Shown in pieces: positions 23,031 to 36,122 of a DNA stretch of 64,000 nt. Position 1 is the first letter of the stretch. The number at the start of each line of letters is the position of its first letter. A program made the translations under genes and the position numbers. Under the pieces are notes generated by a model. That model was given only the letters and a program-made list of their open reading frames with translations, did not search any database and was not told the origin of the DNA. This DNA comes from Dimorphilus gyrociliatus (taxonomy: Eukaryota > Animalia > Annelida). Location: NCBI GenBank assembly GCA_904063045.1, contig CAJFCJ010000009.1, positions 1,488,968 to 1,552,967 on the forward strand, written 5' to 3'.

Positions 23031-26000
23031 ATGAATGCCGATCTCGCAGCTGATAACATTTCATTTTATGGTTTATTCAATTCTGACGCCTATGATACTC
23101 TAATTAAGCACGTTGAAGAGGAATTGAAGGAAAATGCTAGACAGTGAGTTATATTATAAAATTATTCCACATTGTAATTTAAAAGATGTAAACAAAACAT
23201 ATACATGGTTTATATGTTTCAGATTGGAAGCTTGTGTGTCGGAAGTGACTGATTTATGTTTAGAATTCCCCGAGAAGAAAGAAGATGAAGAGAATCCGGT
23301 TGAAGCCCTAAAATTTGTCCGCCAGAATCGAATATTAGATTCTCTGAGTTGCTTTGATTTAGATGCCGATCAATTAACTTGTACCTTATCTGATATAATT
23401 CAGAACAGCGAGAGAAATGAAAAGCAACTCGCATTAGATATTTTATACACATTCGAAAAAGAAGGTATTGTTTATCCTAAACCGGGAGCTGACTTAAGCG
23501 AATCCAGGTTAAATGTCGTAGACGATGCTGGTGACAGAGCAACTCAGGATACATGGAATGTTCTCATATCGAAACTCAAGCGTTCTCTTTTGCACGATGC
23601 TACGCCAGAATCTATATCTTTGGCGTCAGCTTTTTCTTGTCCTCAATCTTTATGGACCTCATACAGTGTTTTACGAATGCAGTATTTACAAAACCTCTTC
23701 CGATCATCACCTACCTCTACTTTTACAGAATATATCGATTCAGTGGTCCAAAAGTTGAAGATTTATACATCTTGTGCCATATCAGATTTGGAAAGTGTAG
23801 CATGTGGAGCCCTTAGCCCACCACCCAACGCCTTGAATGTTCTTTATGAAGATGTTTTATTTGATTTGTGCCATTCTATATCAAACATGCTGCAACCAAC
23901 TGAGTGCAATGGCCGACTATCATCAACTCCAGACGCTGTTAGAAAGTCCAGGAGCGAAGCTACTTTCAAAAAACCACCCTTATCTAGACTTCGGCAGCAG
24001 AGTAGTTCTGTAGAAAACCTTAACACAAACCATGTCCTAAGCACAGAGCAATTACTCGACTTATGTAGATTTATAGACGCTGCATCCGATGCTCTTCGGG
24101 AAATAGAAGAGATGAATTACTGTTTACTTTCCTCTCTACCTCGTTCTCGCACTAGATCTGTAAAATCAGCTTTAAAGCCAGTTACAAACAAAGAAGATAT
24201 ACCCGAAACTCGAAAAATCTGGGTGTCGTACTTGGACAAGCACTCTCAGGCCGTTATTGCTACTATTCAAATATACTTGAAAGAAAATGTCCAAAATATA
24301 AAATTCTGCGAAGAGTTTCATGTTTTACCGGGAAGAAGCCCAAAAATAATTGACAAGCAAATACTGAGAATATGGAACAATATAAATAGAATTGTTCCAG
24401 TGTCAAAAGAAAGCTCTACAGTAGTTCAGAATGCTTTTACCGATTATTGTTCTCATTCGTTGAAGAATCTAATGAAACAGTTTTACGCATTTTTGGAAAT
24501 CATTGCTAGTGGAGATAGGTCTAATGAAGATTATTTTCACGTACTGGCCTCTACTATATACCTAGCCGAAAAAACAAGAAAGATAAGTGCGAAATCCGAC
24601 TTCGGCCAACTTGTGGGAGCTGTTATCGACCAAATAGTTTCCTCTCAAATGTCAGTCATCTCATCTAGCGTTCTTCAAGACGCTGATAGTCAATTTTGGA
24701 AAAGCAGTCAAGCATTTTATGAAGATGAAAGATGTTCTTTTTCAGTTCAAGCTTGGCATAACAGGATGTTTTACATACGGCATCACCTGGCAAAAATTGG
24801 TGTACCAGCCACAGAGAGTCGTAAAGTATTGTCAAGAATTCTAAAAGAGTCGCTAGATATCTTAGTAGATCGTTATATAATGGCGGAACCATCGTACAAA
24901 AAGACGCCTTTAATTCTAAAAGATATTCTATCAACTCTTCTTTTCGCTTCCGACCACTTGTTGGCGGCTTCCTCAAATATTGGCGACTATCTAGACGCTG
25001 TGGAATCAAATGTCTACAGATGGATCCATACAAATTGTAGTTCTCTGCTGGCAACGATGGCAATAGTTTCTTCTCCACTAAAAACATTGTACCGCACTTT
25101 TAAAAGAGGTTATGCAAAGAAAAAAACAAATGCTTGCGAAGATGAATTATTTCTTAAGGCCTATCCATCTCATTGGCTGTCTTGGATTAGACCAAGTTTA
25201 ATTCCGTTTGGCTTTTCTTCTATGTTCGAATTGCAGACTTTTTCCGCAATTTATTTACAAGTTGAATTGCTATCTTCTCAGACTGAGCCTCGGTTAGACT
25301 TACTTTTGGAAGCTTTAACGCTAAAGCATTATACATTGAGTATACTACTGCTGAAGAATGTAACTGACGAAAAATATTTTACTTCGGTTCTCTTCTTACT
25401 AGTTCATACCTTTCCTGATGCTTTAAAATCTTGTTTAATTCCACTAATTGACTCGGCTGACGAATGGTCTGTTTTGGACGGCCATTCTACGCCGACAATA
25501 TGGCTCAAATCTCTCATTACTCTTCTGGAACCATTGTTTAAGCGACCAAGTAGAGTAGCCAAAAAGTTCTTAGAACGCACAATACCCCATTCCATATTTA
25601 AAGATGACTTGTTGGCATGTGGCTGTCAACCCTCACTAGAAGACGATTCTACGGAATTTGATTCATTTTCGGAAGCATTAACGTATTTAATCCGGTCTTT
25701 TGTTGACTTGAGCGCAAGTTTACCCCCTGCACTGGCTTCTTTCATCACAGCAGCCGATTCAAAAACAGATAATGCTCCAAGAAAGAGCGTTGCTTGTTTA
25801 TTGTTTGCAGCAGCAGCTAGAAACACCTTACAAAGGATGGAGAGTACTACATTGGCCCAAGCAATTTTTAGTGTGCTTGTCTTCGAGAAACCTTCAAATA
25901 AAATAGCCGCAGAGTTTGTTAAAAAGAATGAAAAATTCGTGGAAGCATGTGTTAAGAAGATCATTAAAAATACGGAAAGAACAGAATGTGGAGAAATAGA

Positions 26001-26454
26001 AGATGTTGACAAATATCTATCTCAAGAAAGTGAATTAGTATTTTCAACAATATCTGATTGTGTCCTGGAAAAGATAGACGGAAAGAACGCTTTTAATAAT
26101 GTATATCAATTAGTGACGCAAAATAAGTGTTGGGTAGGCAGCGAGCTCAAAGTTTCTCTCTTCTTCGGCGTTCAATCAGCTGACGTTGAATTTCAAATGC
26201 CGGTCGACGTTATTGATGAGCCATTTAATCCCATTCAAGAGTCAACGCACGTTCATGGCGTTCGATTTGAACATAAATTTGTAGAGGAATATCAGCTCGA
26301 TTGGGAGCGGCTACTACAAAATGATTTGGGACTATCGGAGGCAAATGTTCGGCTATTAATAAGTAAGCGAATTGAGTTCAGGGATAATAACGGATTAAGT
26401 GATGACGAATTAAAATACGTCAAAACCCTCAAACAGGTTTTCGCCATTCCTTGA
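23031..26454 (+). CDS. KIAA0825: KIAA0825 (C5orf36) homologue, 2 exons: 23031-23143, 23223-26454
   Basis: LQDADSQFWKSSQAFYEDERCSFSVQAWH..ILKESLDILVDRYIMAEPSYKKTPLI matches the remembered KIAA0825 block ([53 protein letters not shown]). The N-terminal exon splices in frame (ca|gtgagt..ttcag|a). Confidence 0.8.
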
Positions 26455-26641
26455 CTGTGTTGTCTCAGTAGTTGGAATAAATTACTTACAGAATTAGAAA
26501 TTTGCTATTTATTTATTTTACATAAAGAATAACGATTATAGAAAATCTTTGAGTAGAGACTTCATCATTAAAAAAAGTCTTAACCTTATATCATGCCTCT
26601 CCATTTATGAAACAAATTACAGCAACCTTTAATCAGTACAT

Positions 26642-29600
26642 TTAATCATCCTTAAATTTATTCTGTTTCTTTTCTTGCTGTCCCAGCGCTCTGTAGATTT
26701 TCTTTTTAACTTCTTTCGTTTTCTTTAGCTTTCGTTCTTCAATTTTCTCCAGCTGTTTCTTGTGAGATGTTACTCTTTCTTTCATTTGTGCTTTTCTTTT
26801 CTCTAGTTTGGCATCGTGTATTGCTTTCAGCTGTGTCATTAATTTGGACACCTTTCTCTCACGAGCTTCCCTTACAACAGCGACTCTCTTCGTTGCAACC
26901 CTATCTTTAACCTTCTTTTCCGTTTTCGGTTTGTCCTTAAACGGAAGATTTTTCTGCAGAGCCTTGGGGATAACAACCGGTTTCTGAACTCGTTCTCTTC
27001 TATGGATAGGCTGAAAGGATAATTTTTTTTACTTAAAACCTTGAAGAGAAAATATATTAGGTAGTAAAGACAAACTTTATATAAACTGTCTTCATTAGGG
27101 GTTCCTTGTATTCTTCTTTCCCGTTTGAGCTCACCGACCGTCTTCATGCCTCTCCATTGATTTCTTTCTTCAGAAGACAATAACAAAGTAGTAACGGGAT
27201 TGTAGAAATGAGGAGGCTCGACGGGAAACCAAGAACGAACAAAGACAATATCTGTTAAAGAATTATATGAAAGGTGAACTAAGAGACAATAGTTCTTTAG
27301 TGCCTACCGCTAAGTTTAATTTGATCTTCAAATGTTGCACGAAAGGCTCCTGCTGGTGTATTAACAGCTTTTTTAATTTGACCTCTTAAACCACTCACGC
27401 TCCTCAAAGCCGCTCCTTCAAATTTCGCTACCTCCAAACTAGAATTGAACATTCCCTCAATAAATGCAGTCTTTTTATAAACTTTAAAGGGGGTTCCAGT
27501 TAATTTCAATTTCTTAACTATACTCATGGATTTATCTAATTCAGAAACCGTGCCCGTTGCTGCTATTCTAAAATCAGCCTGTTAATTAATCAAAGTAAAT
27601 TAATTATTGTCAAGCACATCAAAAGAGATAAAAATATTTACTTTTCTCTCAGATATTGATTGTACAGCTAGTAAGCCTGTGCCTTGTGGTGTAACGGGTC
27701 CTTTAAGAATGAGTAAACACGTAATTTTACAAGATTGTTTTACATTGACATTTGATATTTACCCCAGAATGAGGCGTGACAATGAAGATGTTCGGGTGTA
27801 TATTTCAACAGTCTATTTCTCATGTTATGATCTTGAAGAGTGTATAAAGGTATAGTTTGAAATCTACGCCAGCCTAAAGAAATAATGAGGGGATCCCTAG
27901 TTTTTAATATTTTCTTATACCACCTATGCTTTTTCAATCTAACCTATTTAGTGATAAAGATTAATCTGTGATTACAAATGCTCAAATAAAATTGCAAAAA
28001 CGTACTTGTACAAAACCTATATTTTGTTCCATACTTAGTAAACCTCCAACAATTACTGGATAAGATGGATCAAAATTATTGACAAATTCGCAAGGTAAAC
28101 CGTCAATTTGAGCCCGCACGTATAATCCCGGTCTGAAACCCTCATATTCCGTCCTTTCATGTTCAGGAAGGTTTTCAAATTCGGTTCTATTAAGCTGAGC
28201 CTGTTGCTCTAATTCACTTTTTAAATCGTCAAAAAAAGTGCCTTTTTCTGATCCCTGAGCGGCGTCGTACTCAGCATCAAAAAGTTCTTTCATCCGTCTT
28301 TTTTTAGCTTCCCTTTTTTCTTGAACCTTTTTAGCTCTTGCTTCAGCTGGTGTTATAGCAACAGCTGAAAAATATTTAAATTCTTATCATTTGTGCAAAT
28401 TATTCAAAGAACTGCCAACATACTTTCTTCCTCTTCCTTTTCTTCTTTGTCATTAGTGTCACTACCTTCCTTTTCATCTTCCTCTGAATCTTCACTTTCG
28501 CTATGTTTGCGCTTTTTACCACCGGAGAATCTCTCTCCAGTTTCTAAATCTTCAAAATCTCCATATTCTGAGTCTAAAAAGAAATATATTTCACGCTTAA
28601 TGCTTCATTAAATATTAGTTCAATTAATCACTACCGTCATCATCATCGTCATCGTCTTGCAGGAGCTTTTCGGCATCTTCATTGTCCGCCCACTTACCGG
28701 TTACGAAACAATCACGAATGCTATCTTTTAGCTAAGGAATAATGTAACTGTAAAGCAAGAAAGGGAAAATGAAATCAAAACCTCTTCGAATTTCATTATA
28801 GAAATATCAGAATTGAAAAATTTTGATGATTCTCGGCCATTTATGTCTGTAGCATTTAAATCTGATGGCGCTGTATTAATTTTCCTTGTAACTGTAAATA
28901 AGTCCCCAACTTCTTCCTTTTCTTTGAGAACTTCGTAATTTTCTAAATAAGAAAATATATATTTACATTTTTTTATATATTGTTCAATTTAGAACTTACG
29001 GTTTCCATAAACAATGTCTTTTAAATTATCTGTAATATTTCTTCTCTTTAAGAATGATGCAGCTGCTTTCTCCTTCAAATTTTCTTTCCATTTTAAGTGA
29101 CCTTCAGAAGGACTAATTATAAATAATTAATGAAAATTTTTTTCTACTTTACCTAATTCCTCTGAAGATTCTGAGAATTAAATGATTTCTTAGTGTTTGT
29201 TCAACAATCATAAATATTTAAAGAGTGTAATATTTACCATCATTATCAGTAGAATTCTCATTTTCTGAATCGCTCATAATTTGGTCATTATCATCGTCCT
29301 CAGTGTCATTACTTGATTCATCGTTTTCTGAATTACTCATTAATTGGTCGTCTTCTTCATCACTATCATTGTCATCATCATCTTCATCGTCATCACTAAT
29401 TTTGTTCTCTTTCTTTCCCTTCTTTATCATTTTTGTCCCATTAATTCCGGTTGTCTTCTTACTCTCTCTGGAATATTCATCACTGAAAATAATGAAATCA
29501 TATATTTGTTTTTTCTGTGAAATGAGTTCGAAATGTACATTAAAGAAGCGGAATTTATAGGTTCCGATTCGCGAAACATTTGAAGTCCAGTTTGCTCCAT

Positions 29601-31085
29601 TTTTTCCTTCAATGTAAACTGAGTTTTAGCCAATTGCTCCATCAATTCGTTTTTTGGCTTACTGTCAGCTTCCTTTTTATGTGAATGACTTCCACCCAGT
29701 TCAATGTAAACAGCATCTTTATCATAGACGATTCCTCCCACTCCAGCCATAGGAGCATATATCAAACGCTCCTTCTGATCAAGGCTGCGTTTCTTTTCTT
29801 GCTCGGGCAGAGGACAAGGATCGTGAAGGAAGGTTAAATCAGATATTGAAAAATCTCCGCAACCTATAGGTTTTCAACAATTAAAGCTATCTTTTTTAGA
29901 GATGATATTAGAAAATATAATAAATATACCTGGAATATGGGCAAAACTATTCTTTTTTAAATGGGTGCCTCTAACATATCCATATAAGCATACTGTTCTA
30001 TCAATTTTCTCATCTTTTCTAGTTTTTTCCGGATCAGTAATATCTTCCATTCTATTAATAAGCAAAACATTGTATCCCGATTTTACTATAGACAGTATAT
30101 ATATATATATAGATTAATGTTATCAATACCTATCGACCAAAATATATGGATGATTTGACCGCCATTGCAGTGGTCTAAATTTCATAACTGATATAAATCT
30201 TCCCAAGTTATGAACTTCCGTTTTAGGGTATTCACCATTAACAACACCTGACAAATAAAACAATTTGGCACCCTAGAAAATCAAAAACATTTGTTTAAGG
30301 TAAATTTTCTCATTTTCAATAAGTGATTAAATATATTTACTTGATAAACTTCTGTCCAAAATCTATTCTTTAGCCTTTTCTTTGTTTTTTTTAGCTGTTT
30401 ATTTTCTTTAAAGTGATCTAAATGCGTTAATACTCCCATAATTTTAGGAAAACCATGAATTTGACATATATTAAGAAATTCAAAAACTTCCATTTCAAAT
30501 CCAAAACTAGCATCGATTAAAAGTAATGCCTAAAAAGAGAAATTGAAATTAAGCTATAAAACAACTCTTACATTTATAGTACCAACCAAATCACAAATTT
30601 TAGCTAGATCTATCATAGAATTTATGTCATTATTACATTCTACGAACGTAATTCTCTTCTTCTTTCCTATTAAAGATGTAATTGTTATAATGAGAAAAAA
30701 CAGCCTGATATCAGTTTACCTGATACAATAGTAATTGGACCATCTACAGTTGCCAAGTTTTGTCTCACAAAGTTTTTTATTAGGGAGTGTATAAGGGTTG
30801 TTTTTCCAACTTTTGGAGGGCCAACAACTGCTACTAAAATAGGAGGTGGTTCTACAGGAGTTCGATCAACAACAGGAATATGATGCTTTTTTTCTCTTAC
30901 ATCTAGGGTTCTGTAAATTAAAATTTTAGAACAAGACATGTGATATTTAATTAATATACAAGATACCTTCTCACGGCCCTTGACACTTTGTTAATGGACT
31001 GATAAGAGAACGCTTTGGGATTTCGTTTTTCTGCAGAAACGGAATCATCCTTTGCTTCTTTAGACTTTTTTTTATCTGAACCCAT
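26642..31085 (-). CDS. BMS1: Ribosome biogenesis GTPase BMS1, multi-exon
   Basis: RNPKAF; [23 protein letters not shown] (P-loop); [14 protein letters not shown]; [19 protein letters not shown]; [11 protein letters not shown]; [16 protein letters not shown]; [19 protein letters not shown]. Confidence 0.96.
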
Positions 31086-31756
31086 TATCCTGAAAATATT
31101 TGTGTAAAACATCTAAGATATACAAAAATCTTTAACTTTTTGCTAAATATTACAATATTATTTGTACTCTATGTTATTTATCATACCCTAAAAATCTGCC
31201 GACATATAAATAATAATGTAATATAAACTCAAAATAGAGTATTTTGAATGTGTACGTACGATTTTTAAAAACATGCTGCTTTTGTATATTCGCTGAAGTG
31301 AGCGATAATAAAAAAAATATAATTTTGAGCTTAAAGATAGTAAATAAGAAGTATAATCAGGATCATTACTAAAAATTGTAGTTTCAGAAACTATTTTAAC
31401 CTCAATTTGGAAAATTTCTTTTATTTTGTGGACATTTAAAAGAAAATAAACTTACGAAACACAGAAATCACATTTCTTGGTAGGATTCAATATTACCAAT
31501 AAATTATCTCGAATGCTTCAAACCAATTCGAAAAACATTGCCTCGAGAATTTTAACGATAAACTCTGCTCTCTATTTAAAAGAGATAAGTACGATTTTCG
31601 TTCTACAGCAACTATAGAACATTTAATCAGAATCAGTATAGATTTTAATTATTGATGTTATTAAAAAGAATTTCTCCAAAACTTGTATAAAACACTCAAA
31701 ATTGAGCGATAAAGGAAGAAGTTAATTTGAAAATATTTGGGCAATGAAATGAAAAT

Positions 31757-33330
31757 ATGAGTGATATTCAAAGCTGTTCAGAAGTTGCTACAACGACGAG
31801 GACGCTGGAAACTGCCGAAGCCCAGTTTGTGAACATTGGTGAATTTGCAGATGCTTGTAAATCAGATTATTTAGATTTAGCGTCAGGAGAGAATTACACT
31901 TCAGAAGAAGATAGAGACAATCTTCTAAATGTTGATGGAATATGCGGAGATACACTAAAGGAAATGGAAGAATTATTCGAGTGAGCTAATCTAATTTTTA
32001 TAAGGATTCCTCTTAATTTCCTACTTTTTGTGCCTTATAGCATAGGAAATCTGTTTGGAAGTACTGGTAAAAAATTAACGTCACAAGAAGCGATGAAGGA
32101 AGCGGTAGCCGATAATTTGGAATGCTCTCAGTAATCACTTAAAGCATTTTTTTAATAGAAAAGTTAGAAATAATGTATAATATTTTCTATTTTCTTTTAA
32201 GACAATTTACAGCATCATCAAAGAATATGGAGAAAATATCAATATTAATGCGTAATTTTAGTGAAAACCCTGAAGCGGTAAAATCTTATTTATTTCGATG
32301 TTAAGTTAAAATATGCTTTATCTACATTATTAAAAAATAACTAACAGGAGCACGAAATGAAAAGGATTCATTTTAAAGAATTACCAAGAGATGTAGAAGT
32401 AAATGGAACGATTGTTACTATTCAAGTATATTTTCCGTGTAAAAATACAAGTGCTAAGGTAATTTCAAATATAAATTCTATTCAATTTAATTTTTTTGAT
32501 TATTTTATAGCATAGACAGACATATTTCTGCTTTGGAAAGCAAGAAACATCGTTGTTAAATTGCGAAGTAGATATGCTTTCTTCTCAAACTCTAGCCGAT
32601 TTGTGCGATACAATTCGCTGCATAAATGATACATGCTTCCTACCAGTTTCTGACGTTTATTTACCCAGCAAGGTTTTCTTTTTAATGTCAATAATAATAT
32701 TCTGTTTTTAAATAACCAGCTTAAAAGTGATATAAAAGAATTGAATCTTTGTTTTATTATTAGAAAGTCGTTCCCGGAAGAATGTTCTTTATTAATGGTG
32801 TCTTCTACGATGATACGAGAAAAGCCAACGCAGAAATATATAGCAAGTAAATATTATAAAGAACATAAATGATATTTTTTGGTATATTACATCTCTATAT
32901 TATTTTTAATTTATCAAGGGAAATAATTAAATGGCTGAATAAGAAACCTCGAAATTTTAAAATGACTAAAGCAAGATCTATGGACAGTACCAAACTAGCT
33001 GATTTAAGAGTGCAATTGAACACACCTTATTTATATCTACATCAGGGAAATTGTGAACATATAATATCATTTAAAAATCTGCGACGCTTGCATCCGAAGG
33101 ATTGTCACATTATGAGAGCTTATCCTTTAGTTACTTATTTTAACCGTAGAGAGACAGTTCGATGTCTCGTTTGTATCAAACCAGCTTATTGGCAAGTTTC
33201 AAATAGTAAACGGTGTATGCAGAATCCAACTAATTTATGTATGACTTGTCATAAATGCTTGCATTTTGATGAAAACGGTAAGCCCGTTTGTGAATTTAAT
33301 GCAATATTTATCGATGACTTTAGAATGTAA
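31757..33330 (+). CDS. SNAPC3: snRNA-activating protein complex subunit 3 (SNAP50), multi-exon
   Basis: MLSSQTLADLCDTIRCIND; MFFINGVFYDDTR; LNTPYLYLHQGNCEHII; CLVC..NPTNLCMTCHKCLHFDENG zinc-binding C-terminus. Confidence 0.92.
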
Positions 33331-33406
33331 TATTCATTGTTATATTTTCGATATCCATTTTGAAAAAAAAATCAATGCATTGATGGTGAATAAAAAAGTT
33401 TTACTT

Positions 33407-34361
33407 TCATTTTCCTTTTTTCCCTATTATTGGATTACAAAATGATGGAGCTACTGTTGGAAGGGTAAAATAGACTCCTATACAAGCTGCAACTTGATAA
33501 GTCCATAAAATATTTTGAGGAATAGCTGTTTTTTGAATGGATGATATGAAGCATAACTTAATTTTAATAGTAGGAGAATTGGATTCCATTGTTCCAATCA
33601 TTTTTATGTATTGACCTGCAAGAGAAAATCGATGTTTAATTTAAAGAACATTGAACGCCTTCAATACCTTGTTTAAATTTATCTTTTTCAAAGGCAGCTT
33701 TTGAGATTAATCCTGTAATTAAACCGTATCCATCGTCTATACTGATAATAGCTTGTTCATCAGTAAAGCTGATCTAAAATTTTAATTATCATATACTGTA
33801 TAAATCACCTTTGCTAAAATCCTAAGGTGTTTTTTAATACTTACTGATACTATGTTTCCTTGAATCCATATATTTTGGAATGCAGTTTCACATTTTCCAG
33901 GCATTTTCCATAGTCGGATTGTCTCATTATTCGATTCAAGTTGTCTATACATTACTGCTTTCTTTAAATTTGTACTAAAATCTTTCCTCGCACTGAGATG
34001 GAAGTCGCCAAATAAATCAGAGTCTACTTCGGGCACTTTTAAGCGCTTTTGTTCTTCTTCTTCTTTCTTATTTTTCAATTTTCTTTTAAGCATATTTTCA
34101 GAGGGAGTACTCGGTCTGGGTTTTCCATCAGGATAGTATTGCAGCCATAAATCATTTTCTTCATAACTTCCAAGAAGGGGTTGATTGTATGAACCCTAAA
34201 ACGAAATAAAAGGACTAATCAAAAATATACAAATTAAATGAATATTTGTATCTTCTTTTCCTCAGGTTTTCGTGTAATTTTTTCCGGGAAATAGTTAAAA
34301 GAAATTTAATAGAATAACATACAGAATTTTGATTTAGCCATTCGCTAAATGTCTTATTCAT
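33407..34361 (-). CDS. RMI2: RMI2-like OB-fold protein with N-terminal extension (about 4 exons; 5' end uncertain)
   Basis: Spliced frame FQNIWIQGNIVS/ISFTDEQAIISIDDGYG../GQYIKMIGTM..ILWTYQV parallels RMI2 (AVWMQGRV..ARLRDPSG..GKYVMVMGVV..SMWELEV). Candidate first exon MNKTFSEWLNQNS|gtatgt at 34361. Confidence 0.6.
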
Positions 34362-34802
34362 CTTTAGGAATTATATTATATGTTTAGTGATAAAAAATTT
34401 TCTATAATGAAATACAACTACAGATGGCGATAGTAGCCAAAAAAAGAATTTTAGTGCACTTAACTGCATTTAATTGGATATTAGTACAAATGCACCAATA
34501 GATATTTTCAATATGGTACAATTTATTCTCTTTTGAGTAAGAAAGATCTTCTTTATCCATTAACAAAATTTTATAATGTAGTTCTAGATATTTAGTAAAT
34601 CTGGTAACAATGGGAATTTTGTCTTTCCTTATTGACACATATATGAACAATTTAAATTTTATATATAACGTTACGTTTGAAATTTTTTCAAAATGGGGTT
34701 TTTCTTCAAAAGCTTATCTATCGCATACACAATTTTGAAAGATATTGATTAAACTTTAAATAAGAAGGATTTCCTTCAAAATAGCAATGGATTAGTTTTA
34801 AA

Positions 34803-35639
34803 ATGTCGAATAGTTTCTATTATGATAATGAATATGAATTTCCTCAAGTTAAATCAACTAAAGGATGGATGAAGAAAGAAGATTCCGACTCTACATTAAC
34901 TGTCTTAGCAGTTTTATCAATATTAATATTTTTAGGAGTTTTATTAGTCTTTATCTTCTGTGGTAAAAAAAAAGGTTGGTTTTGTCGTACTGAAAAGAAG
35001 ACAGATATTGTAAGTGGACCATCCTCGGACGCGTCCCTTAATACTTCTACTGGAAAACAATCAATTCAAAGCGACCTACAACCTAAAAAGGTAAGTTTTG
35101 TTGAGTTAATAATTTATATATATTCATATAGTTGAGCATTACAATCAATTACAATTAAACGTGCTGAATTATTTATAATTTATTAGAGTATTGATGAGGA
35201 TGCTGACCAAAAGACTAAAAAGAATACATTACTTAATAAAACTGTGTCAGAGACTGGTAAGAAAGCATCTATGGATCAAGCATGGAGTCAAAGTTTAATG
35301 AATATGACAAATGCTCTACAAAATCAAATGAGTTTCCAAAATGTTCCTCAACAAAGCTTCCCAGTTGACGCTTATGGTCCACAACACATTATGCAACTTC
35401 AATTATTACTTAATCAACAAAAAGCCCTACAAAATAAAAAATTGTCAATTATCGACGACCGAGAACGTAGAAAAGACTCTGTTTCTCGCAGTAGTAATCC
35501 AGCAGATGATGAAGATAGATCAAAGGGTGGGAGGGTTTATAAAGGGACAAGAAAAGGCGGTAAATTAAAAATAGCAGAAGAACCAGAAGTAGCTCATTTT
35601 GAGAAAGATGAAGACAATCATCAAGAAATAGGAATTTAA
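34803..35639 (+). CDS. Orphan single-pass membrane protein without signal peptide, 2 exons: 34803-35090, 35187-35639
   Basis: Short N-terminus, TM LTVLAVLSILIFLGVLLVFIF, then CGKKK; AAG|gtaagt..tattag|AGT joins the two track ORFs in phase 0. Confidence 0.75.
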
Positions 35640-36122
35640 TGTAAGATAATTGTATTAACCTACGGTTATTATATCCCTATATATTGATAAATTTTTTACG
35701 TTTTAGAGTTTTTCTATATTCTATTACTTTTTATTTATATGCTTTTCTTTTAGCTCTGATCCAATATTTATCTATTTTTTTGTCACATTTCAAGTATACA
35801 ATATGCACTATTGATAAATTGTAAATTGACATCTACTTTAGATGTATAATATCAGAAATGAATTATTAAAACAAAACTACTAAGTATGGACCGCACTATT
35901 ATTTTAGTAGCTGATGATGAAATCATAGTGTTCAAAAACTAGCGTATTTATTCTTAAAGCTTTTATTTTGTGTTTCATCGTATTCATTCTATAGTAGTTA
36001 ATAATATCCAAAAGCATACTTTTCGACAGAAATATATACTTTAGTATACTGTATACAGATATTAAAGGAAAAACAAAAAGAATAATTTTTAGAGAAGGAA
36101 TTAGAGTAAATATATTCTAGGT

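Noticed and set aside
7550-31085. Intronic snoRNAs in ZPR1, TAF1A or BMS1
   Set aside because: No paired box C (RTGATGA) and box D (CTGA) with terminal stem on the host strand; most introns are too short.
34402-34650. 82-aa minus ORF as an extra 5' exon of the RMI2-like gene
   Set aside because: No convincing in-phase donor to the next exon; AT-rich low-complexity composition.
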